Below, piece by piece: positions 57,623 to 64,000 of a stretch of 64,000 nt of DNA. The notes beneath the pieces were generated by a model. That model had not been told where the DNA came from, made no database searches, and worked only from the letters and a program-made list of their open reading frames with translations. Each line of letters opens with the position of its first letter. Position 1 is the first letter of the stretch. The position numbers and the translations under genes were made by a program. The DNA comes from an uncultured SAR86 cluster bacterium (GTDB lineage Bacteria; Pseudomonadota; Gammaproteobacteria; Magnimaribacterales; D2472): NCBI GenBank assembly GCA_902622845.1, contig CACNRI010000004.1:82012-146011 (forward strand), written 5' to 3'.

Positions 57623-58444
57623 ATGAAATCTATATTAGTTACAGGATCTTCTTCAGGAATTGGAGCTGCAATATGTGAACACTTCTCACAAATTGGTTGG
57701 AAAGTTTTTGGGAGTGTACGAAATCAAAATGATGGGGATAAACTAACAGATATATGTGGAGAAAATTTCACTCCTCTTATTTTTGATGTCACAGACATTA
57801 ACGCAATTAATGAGGCGGCTAATTTAGTTGAATCTCATTTGGGCAAAAATGGCTTAAATTGTCTCGTAAATAATGCAGGTATTAATATTTCTGGTCCTAT
57901 GGAGTATGTAGAATCTGATGAAGTAAGAAAAGTCTTTGAAGTCAATGTAATGGGACCATTAAATTGCTCGCAATCATTCCTGCCAGCACTTAAAAAATCT
58001 ACATCATCAACAATAATTAATATTAGCTCAATGGCCGGTAAGATTGGTCTTCCAATGCAGGGATCATATTGTGGCAGTAAGTTTGCACTTGAAGGAATGT
58101 CTGAATCAATGCGCAGAGAACTTCAAATTCATAATATCAAAGTAGTTGTAATTGGTCCTGGTGCAATTGAATCATCAATTTGGGATAAGTTTGAAAAAGA
58201 TGAGAAGGAAGAACAATATAAGGATACAGAATATACGTCAGCAATAAAAAAAATGGATGGCACTCTTAAAAGAGCAAGAAGTATAGCTATTCCAGCTCAT
58301 CGAGTAGCCAAAAAAGTTGAGAAAATTGTTAACTCTAAGAATCCAAAACCAAGATATGTAGTTGCTGGCATAACAGACAAAATGTTAAATCTTATTCCAA
58401 GAAAGATCCTTGATAGAGCTTTTAAGAGGTTATTAACGAAATAA
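57623..58444 (+). CDS. short-chain dehydrogenase/reductase (classical SDR)
   Basis: 273 aa with TGSSSGIG, NNAG, and the catalytic S...YCGSK. Confidence 0.85.
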   Translation: MKSILVTGSSSGIGAAICEHFSQIGWKVFGSVRNQNDGDKLTDICGENFTPLIFDVTDINAINEAANLVESHLGKNGLNCLVNNAGINISGPMEYVESDEVRKVFEVNVMGPLNCSQSFLPALKKSTSSTIINISSMAGKIGLPMQGSYCGSKFALEGMSESMRRELQIHNIKVVVIGPGAIESSIWDKFEKDEKEEQYKDTEYTSAIKKMDGTLKRARSIAIPAHRVAKKVEKIVNSKNPKPRYVVAGITDKMLNLIPRKILDRAFKRLLTK

Positions 58445-58506
58445 ACTGAAAGGGTGGACTTTTTAGGCACAGATGATTAAACTTGCACAACTTTTTATAA
58501 CATTTT

Positions 58507-58773
58507 ATGGCTAATTCAAAACAAGCAGAAAAGAGAGCTAGACAGAATAAAGCAAGATATAAGCTTAGACATAGTCAGAGGTCTCAAACAAGAACAGCAG
58601 TTAAAGCTGTCAGATATGCAATTGAAGAAAATGATGCTGAAAAAGCTTCAGGCCTCTTAAAAACTGCTGAAAAAGTTCTTGATTCAGCCGCTTCAAAAAA
58701 AGTTATTCACAAAAATGCTGCTGCCAGAACAAAAAGTAGACTAACTGCTGCAGTTAAAAAAATCTCTAAATAA
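58507..58773 (+). CDS. rpsT: 30S ribosomal protein S20
   Basis: 88 aa: MANSKQAEKRARQNKARYKLRHSQRS..., a basic helical protein. Confidence 0.93.
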   Translation: MANSKQAEKRARQNKARYKLRHSQRSQTRTAVKAVRYAIEENDAEKASGLLKTAEKVLDSAASKKVIHKNAAARTKSRLTAAVKKISK

Positions 58774-59752
58774 AAATCTTTCTTGATATATCGTCTAGAA
58801 GTTCTTGAACGCCCTCACCCGTTACTGAGGAAATACCAAAAACATTTGCAAATTCCTTAGCATTAAAAGTATTCAAAGTTTCGAATCTGGTCTCTTCATC
58901 AATTAGGTCAATTTTTGTAACAACTATATAAAACTCTTTTTCTAAGAGTTTTTCTGAAAAATCTCCTAACTCTTTTTTAAGTTTTAGAAATTGATCTTGT
59001 ACCGAAATTTCTGAAAAAGCTTCAAGAAAGAAAAGCAGGATTCCTGTTCTTGATATATGTTTTAAAAACTTAATACCAAGCCCGTGACCATCAGATGCGC
59101 CTTCTATAATTCCTGGTATATCTGCAATTACAAAACTATTATCAGAGTATTTAATTGTTCCAAGGTGAGGTCTCAATGTAGTAAAAGGGTAATCTGCTAT
59201 TTTGGGCTTTGCCGAAGAGACTGTGTTAAGAAAGGTGGACTTCCCAGCATTAGGGAATCCCACTAAGCCAACATCCGCTAAAGACCTAAGTTCCAGTTTT
59301 ATATTTATGGATTCGCCATCTTCACCTTTTGTAATTTTTCGAGGGGCTTGATTTGTACTAGATTTGAAGCGTGCATTACCTAAGCCTCCATCACCTCCCT
59401 TTGCAAGCAAGTAGTCTTTTTCTTCATTGCAATCAATTATTAAATCGCCAGTATCGGCATCAAGAACAACGGTCCCTTGAGGCACTGATAAAAAAATAGA
59501 TTCTCCATCTTGACCCTTCATATTTTTACCAGAACCATTTCTGCCATTTTTGGCTTGAATAACTTTTTTATGATGAAAATCAACTAATGTATTTATGTTC
59601 TTATTAGCTTTAAGAAAAACATCTCCACCTCTACCGCCATCCCCACCATCAGGACCGCCTCTGGGAATATATTTTTCTCTTCTAAAGCTCAGGCAACCAG
59701 AACCACCTGATCCTGCTTTAATTTCAAGCAGAGCTTCGTCTATGAAATTCAT
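58766..59752 (-). CDS. obg: GTPase Obg/CgtA, short form
   Basis: 328 aa with an Obg-fold N-terminus (FIDEALLEIKAGSGGSGCLSFRREKYIPRGGPDGGDGGRGGDV) and G motifs GFPNAGKST and DIPG. It ends right after the G domain. Confidence 0.93.
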   Translation of the reverse strand: MNFIDEALLEIKAGSGGSGCLSFRREKYIPRGGPDGGDGGRGGDVFLKANKNINTLVDFHHKKVIQAKNGRNGSGKNMKGQDGESIFLSVPQGTVVLDADTGDLIIDCNEEKDYLLAKGGDGGLGNARFKSSTNQAPRKITKGEDGESINIKLELRSLADVGLVGFPNAGKSTFLNTVSSAKPKIADYPFTTLRPHLGTIKYSDNSFVIADIPGIIEGASDGHGLGIKFLKHISRTGILLFFLEAFSEISVQDQFLKLKKELGDFSEKLLEKEFYIVVTKIDLIDEETRFETLNTFNAKEFANVFGISSVTGEGVQELLDDISRKIFI

Positions 59753-59756
59753 GAAT

Positions 59757-60014
59757 TTACTGAGGAACTATATTTACGGTTTTCCTCTTTCTTGGACCTT
59801 TGTAAGAAAATTGAACAACACCTGATTCTTTTGCAAATAACGTGTGATCCTTACCCATTCCAACATTTACACCTGGATGAGTATTTGTTCCTCTTTGTCT
59901 GATAATTATTTCACCAGCCTTAACAAGCTGACCACCAAACCTTTTAACTCCAAGTCTTTTGGACTGGGAATCTCTACCGTTCTTACTGGAACCACCAGCT
60001 TTCTTATGTGCCAT
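59757..60014 (-). CDS. rpmA: 50S ribosomal protein L27
   Basis: 85 aa: [24 protein letters not shown]... Confidence 0.95.
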   Translation of the reverse strand: MAHKKAGGSSKNGRDSQSKRLGVKRFGGQLVKAGEIIIRQRGTNTHPGVNVGMGKDHTLFAKESGVVQFSYKGPRKRKTVNIVPQ

Positions 60015-60331
60015 TATTTACTCTCAAGTTTAATTTTATCAATCTCTATTTTAGTATATTTGGCTCTATGCCCTTGTTTGCGCATACTATGCTTTCTTCT
60101 TCTAAATCTAAGAATTGATAATTTAGTTCCTTTAACTTCATCAATAATCTTTGCAGTAACCTTAACATTTGAAAGGTATGGTTGCCCAATTTCGACAGTC
60201 TTATCATCAGAATAAAGAAGTACATTATCAAAAGTAATCTTTTTTTTACTATCGGATATAAGATCAATTAGAAGGGTTTGACCCTCCTCTACTTTGTGCT
60301 GTTTTCCACCTGTTTCAATTACTGCGTACAT
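60014..60331 (-). CDS. rplU: 50S ribosomal protein L21
   Basis: [14 protein letters not shown] starts at ATG 60331-60329. The ORF track extends to 60382, but the canonical L21 N-terminus is Met18. The stop shares 1 nt with the rpmA start. Confidence 0.95.
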   Translation of the reverse strand: MYAVIETGGKQHKVEEGQTLLIDLISDSKKKITFDNVLLYSDDKTVEIGQPYLSNVKVTAKIIDEVKGTKLSILRFRRRKHSMRKQGHRAKYTKIEIDKIKLESK

Positions 60332-60416
60332 TATTAAATCCGAAAGTTGGCAAAATATACGCTGATATGCGGAATTTATCAATAGTTAGGTATAATTTTT
60401 AATCCAAATCATAAAC

Positions 60417-61373
60417 ATGCCTAATTTAAGTAAAAATCTAAAGAAAGATCTCAAAAAAGTTGAAAGCTTGATGAGGAAGAATTTAAGTAAGGAGCCTTTG
60501 GTTAAGGACCTTTATGATTACATTTTTGATAAATCTGGAAAGAAGGTGCGAGCATCTATAAGTCTAATTAGCTCTTATGGATTGAATAAAAATCAGCAAA
60601 ATAGAGTAAAGCTCGCAGCTATCATTGAACTTCTCCATACTGCAACACTTGTTCATGACGATATTATTGATAATTCTGACCTTCGTAGAGGCAAAACAAC
60701 TGTAAATGTTGCTTGGTCAAACTCACATGGCGTGCTAATTGGTGATTTTATTTACTCCAAAGCCTTTATGCTGATGAATGAAATAGGAAATTTAAAAGTA
60801 ATTGATGAGCTAAGCTCTGCTACTAATAAAATTGCTGAGGGTGAATTAATGCAACTTGCAAATAAAAATAATTTAGATACCTCACTCCAGCAACTAAAAA
60901 AAATTAGTTATTATAAAACTGGGAGATTATTTGAAGCCTCTGCAAAAAGTGCTGCAATGCTTTCTGGTAAATCGACCTCATTTATTGAGAATATTTCAAA
61001 AGCTGCAAAACTTATTGGAATTGTATTTCAAGTAAGAGATGACTTGCTTGATTATGGAATAAGCAAAGGAAATATTGGAAAGCCAAAAATGCAAGATATC
61101 CTTGAAGATAAAATAACTTATCCACTCTATTACGCGCTTAAAAGTTCAAGCAAAAAAGATAGTTTAAAGATCATAAAAAAACTAAAGAATAAAGACTTTA
61201 GTGAAGAAGAAGTATCAGAATTTGTTTCTTCTTCGAGTGCTTTTAATAAATGTAATTCTTTAATCCAAAGCTATAGTAATGAAATTAGTAAATGCATCAA
61301 TAGGATATCTAATAAAGAAATTCGTAACGAGATGTTAAACTTGTCTGAAAGCTTAAAAAATAGATATGAGTAA
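60417..61373 (+). CDS. ispB: octaprenyl-diphosphate synthase
   Basis: 318 aa with the DDxxD motifs [15 protein letters not shown] and [10 protein letters not shown]. It is divergent from rplU, as in E. coli. Confidence 0.9.
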   Translation: MPNLSKNLKKDLKKVESLMRKNLSKEPLVKDLYDYIFDKSGKKVRASISLISSYGLNKNQQNRVKLAAIIELLHTATLVHDDIIDNSDLRRGKTTVNVAWSNSHGVLIGDFIYSKAFMLMNEIGNLKVIDELSSATNKIAEGELMQLANKNNLDTSLQQLKKISYYKTGRLFEASAKSAAMLSGKSTSFIENISKAAKLIGIVFQVRDDLLDYGISKGNIGKPKMQDILEDKITYPLYYALKSSSKKDSLKIIKKLKNKDFSEEEVSEFVSSSSAFNKCNSLIQSYSNEISKCINRISNKEIRNEMLNLSESLKNRYE

Positions 61374-61893
61374 AGTATTTAAACCTAAAGACTGCTATTC
61401 AGAAGAAGATCTTGTTGATTGCGGATTTGGTCAACTATTTGGTAAAGGCAATGGCAGGCTTCCAGTTGATCCAATGCTTATGTTTGATCGAATCACTAAG
61501 ATAAATAATACTGGTGGTAAATATTCAAAAGGCGAGGTTTATGCAGAGCTCGATGTAAATCCTGATCTCTGGTTCTTTGATTGCCATTTCAAAGAAGATC
61601 CTGTTATGCCGGGGTGCCTTGGGCTTGATGCAATGTGGCAATTACTTGGTTTCTTTCTATGCTGGAGTGAATTACCTGGGATTGGAAGAGCTTTAGGAGC
61701 TGAAAAAGTTAAATTCTTTGGCCAGGTGCTTCCAACAGCAAAAAAAGTTAATTATGTTCTTGATATAAAAAGAGTTGTAAATCGTGGAGCTGTAGTTGGC
61801 TTTTCTGATGCTGATATGTTTGTAGATGATAAACATGTTTATTCAGCAGATAACCTTAAAGTAGGCCTTTTTGCTGACCCAAGCAAGTTTTAA
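61366..61893 (+). CDS. fabA: 3-hydroxydecanoyl-ACP dehydratase/isomerase
   Basis: 175 aa with [26 protein letters not shown]. Confidence 0.95.
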   Translation: MSKVFKPKDCYSEEDLVDCGFGQLFGKGNGRLPVDPMLMFDRITKINNTGGKYSKGEVYAELDVNPDLWFFDCHFKEDPVMPGCLGLDAMWQLLGFFLCWSELPGIGRALGAEKVKFFGQVLPTAKKVNYVLDIKRVVNRGAVVGFSDADMFVDDKHVYSADNLKVGLFADPSKF

Positions 61894-61894
61894 A

Positions 61895-63103
61895 ATGCGT
61901 GAAGTTGTTGTTACAGGAATGGGATTAATATCTTGTATTGGTAATGATTTAGATACTGTTTCAAAAAACCTTAAGGCAGGTAAATCTGGTATTAAATTAA
62001 ATCAAGAATATGTGGATATGGGTTTTAGGAGCCATGTATGTGGATCTATTGATATAGATTTGAAGCCATTAATTGATAGAAAAGTTTTAAGATTTATGGG
62101 TAATGCATCTGCATATGCTTATCTCGCTGCTAAAGATGCCCTCTCGGATGCTGGGCTAAATGAAGATGATATATCTTCTCCACGTATTGGTCTTATTGCT
62201 GGTTCTGGAGGAGCCTCTTCTGCAATTCAAATAGAGGCTGCAGACATAACTAGATCTAGAGGTCCAAAACGAGTTGGGCCCTATGCTGTTCCTAAAGCAA
62301 TGGGAAGCACTGTTTCTGCTGTTTTATCAACAGCATTAAAAATTAAAGGTGTTAACTATTCGATTACTTCGGCTTGTTCGACAAGCGCGCACTGTATTGG
62401 TCACGGAGCAAACCTTATTCAAAACGATTTACAGGATATTGTGATTGCTGGTGGTGGCGAGGATGAGCATTGGTCGTCATCGTCTCTATTTGATGCAATG
62501 GGAGCATTAAGTTCAAAATTTAATGAGCAACCCACGCTAGCATCAAGACCATTTGATAAAAATAGAGATGGTTTTGTCATAGCAGGTGGTTCTGGGATGG
62601 TAATACTTGAGGAAAAAGAAAATGCATTAAAAAGAGGTGCAAGGATTTATGGAACTCTTAAAGGCTTTTGTGCAAATTCAGATGGTTACGATATGGTTGC
62701 TCCCTCTGGAGAAGGAGCAGCTAGATGCATGAGTGAAGCTCTCTCTCAATATGGAAAACAAGTAGACTACATTAATGCGCATGGAACAAGTACTCCGGTG
62801 GGAGATATTGCTGAAATAAATGCAATTAAGGAGGTATTCAATTCTCAAAATCCCTTCTTAAGTTCAACGAAATCCCTTACAGGTCACTCACTGGGAGCAA
62901 CTGGAGCTCAAGAAGTTATTTATTCAATGATAATGATGAATGAAGGCTTTATTTCACCTTCAATAAATGTTGAAGATGCCGTAGAAGAAATTGGTGACAT
63001 CAATTTAGTAACTAAAGAAAACAATGAAAACATTAATTCATTTATGAGTAATTCATTTGGATTCGGTGGAACAAATGCTTGTTTAATTTTTAGCAAGGAT
63101 TAA
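61895..63103 (+). CDS. fabB: beta-ketoacyl-ACP synthase I
   Basis: [17 protein letters not shown] starts at ATG 61895, one nt after the fabA stop. The ORF track starts at 61871. It has the active-site [10 protein letters not shown], the HGTSTP catalytic His, and a GFGGTNA C-terminus. Confidence 0.93.
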   Translation: MREVVVTGMGLISCIGNDLDTVSKNLKAGKSGIKLNQEYVDMGFRSHVCGSIDIDLKPLIDRKVLRFMGNASAYAYLAAKDALSDAGLNEDDISSPRIGLIAGSGGASSAIQIEAADITRSRGPKRVGPYAVPKAMGSTVSAVLSTALKIKGVNYSITSACSTSAHCIGHGANLIQNDLQDIVIAGGGEDEHWSSSSLFDAMGALSSKFNEQPTLASRPFDKNRDGFVIAGGSGMVILEEKENALKRGARIYGTLKGFCANSDGYDMVAPSGEGAARCMSEALSQYGKQVDYINAHGTSTPVGDIAEINAIKEVFNSQNPFLSSTKSLTGHSLGATGAQEVIYSMIMMNEGFISPSINVEDAVEEIGDINLVTKENNENINSFMSNSFGFGGTNACLIFSKD

Positions 63104-63110
63104 AAAGCTG

Positions 63111-63968
63111 CTACTTTTTTTCAATTTTTTCTAGAAAATCTTTTGGCAAGTCCTCTGACACTGAATTTGGGAAGTCAGCAGGTCGTTTTTCCAAAAATGA
63201 GGTCACACCTTCCCTAGCATCTCCAGACTTTCCTCTTGAACTTATGAAAATACTTTCCAAATCGTGCGATCTATCAGGCCCATTATCTCCAAGCGAAGTC
63301 CAAAATAATCTCCGCGCCATTGCAACTGAAACAGGAGCAGATTTCTTGGCAAGATCTTTACAATAATCTAGAGATTTTTCAAGCATTTCATCGTCTTCAA
63401 AAATATAAGAAACAAGTCCAATCTCTTTGGCTTCGTTAGCATCAATAATCTTCCCAGAGAAGCAAAGCTCCAAGGCTTTTGATATACCCACTATTTTTGG
63501 AAGAAACCATGAACTACTGGCATCATTTACAATTCCTCTATTTAAAAAAACAAATCCGAACCTTGCACTTGTTGAAGCAATTCTAATATCTGCTGCTAGT
63601 TGAAGAGTTGCTCCTACACCTACAGCGGGACCATTACAGGCCGTTATAATTGGTTTAAGCGACCTATACATTCTTAGTGTCAAAATCCCACCAGCATCTT
63701 TATTGTAATCTTGAGGATATTCTTCTGATGTATCAAATTCTTTAACAAAGGTGTTTTCTCCTCCTGAGAGATCAGCACCTGCACAGAATGCCCTTCCAGA
63801 ACCAGTAATAAGTGTTGCTCTTATTTTGTCGTCATTATCTATGACATCAAAAGCATCACAAAGCTCTTCCATCATAGTTAAAGTAAATGAATTTAGTTTC
63901 TCTGGTCGATTCAGCTTTATCAAAGCAACTGAGTCTTGAGTTTCAAATTTGATGTGCTTGTAATTCAA
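63111..63968 (-). CDS. enoyl-CoA hydratase/isomerase family protein
   Basis: 285 aa with a crotonase fold (ITGSGRAFCAGADL, ACNGPAVGVGATL). Confidence 0.8.
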   Translation of the reverse strand: MNYKHIKFETQDSVALIKLNRPEKLNSFTLTMMEELCDAFDVIDNDDKIRATLITGSGRAFCAGADLSGGENTFVKEFDTSEEYPQDYNKDAGGILTLRMYRSLKPIITACNGPAVGVGATLQLAADIRIASTSARFGFVFLNRGIVNDASSSWFLPKIVGISKALELCFSGKIIDANEAKEIGLVSYIFEDDEMLEKSLDYCKDLAKKSAPVSVAMARRLFWTSLGDNGPDRSHDLESIFISSRGKSGDAREGVTSFLEKRPADFPNSVSEDLPKDFLEKIEKK

Positions 63969-64000
63969 AGTTTAGAAAGGGATATCTTCTTCTGAGAATT

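Noticed and set aside
57604-58506. A genomic island or prophage integrated at the tmRNA 3' end, a classic integration hotspot.
   Set aside because: There is no integrase and no duplicated copy of the tmRNA 3' end (…CGCCGCCTCCACCA) downstream. The only gene before rpsT is an ordinary SDR.

Overview
This is a strongly AT-rich, very gene-dense chromosomal core region. By my coordinate arithmetic only about 1.4 kb of the 64 kb lies outside called genes. The gene content and order are gammaproteobacterial and follow the Pseudomonas arrangement (frr-uppS-cdsA-dxr-rseP, glmM-tpiA-secG, fabA-fabB, fur|bamE). My guess is a genome-streamlined marine gammaproteobacterium, for example a SAR86-like lineage, but that is inference only. 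I call 64 protein genes (one partial), tRNA-fMet, tRNA-Leu(GAG) and tmRNA.

Layout:
- 1-12180 (-): infB<nusA<rimP<metY, then an inverted leuU, then secG<tpiA<glmM<ftsH<rlmE<greA<carB<carA.
- 12336-14242 (+): map, dapE.
- 14335-22183: POT transporter, RDD protein, lptG<lptF | pepA>valS.
- 22187-29859: astB<astA, an FG-GAP lipoprotein, elaA-like GNAT, gpx, rimI<holD-like, leuA.
- 29856-54113 (-): an unbroken co-directional run of 23 genes, in transcription order fur, grpE-dnaK-dnaJ, rpsB-tsf-pyrH-frr-uppS-cdsA-dxr-rseP-bamA-skp-lpxD-fabZ-lpxA-lpxB-rnhB-dnaE-accA-tilS, and a final enoyl-CoA hydratase gene.
- 54151-63968: bamE, ratA-like, SNF transporter, small membrane protein, smpB-ssrA, SDR, rpsT, obg<rpmA<rplU | ispB>fabA>fabB, enoyl-CoA hydratase.

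I found no mobile element, integrase, CRISPR array, defence island, toxin-antitoxin pair or other multi-gene accessory system. I do not think this window contains a new 'system' in that sense.

The points worth a second look are single-gene or architectural oddities:
- ValRS lacks its whole C-terminal region.
- Ribosomal protein S2 carries a roughly 100-aa acidic tail that uses up the rpsB-tsf spacer.
- A 7-repeat FG-GAP lipoprotein sits next to an isolated astA-astB pair.
- The tRNA-Leu gene is inverted relative to the conserved secG-leuU arrangement.
- The conserved syntenic slots for folP, recN/nadK, holC and yhbY are empty.
- Convergent genes routinely overlap at their stop codons.

All homology calls come from reading the translations and recognising motifs. 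No database search was run.
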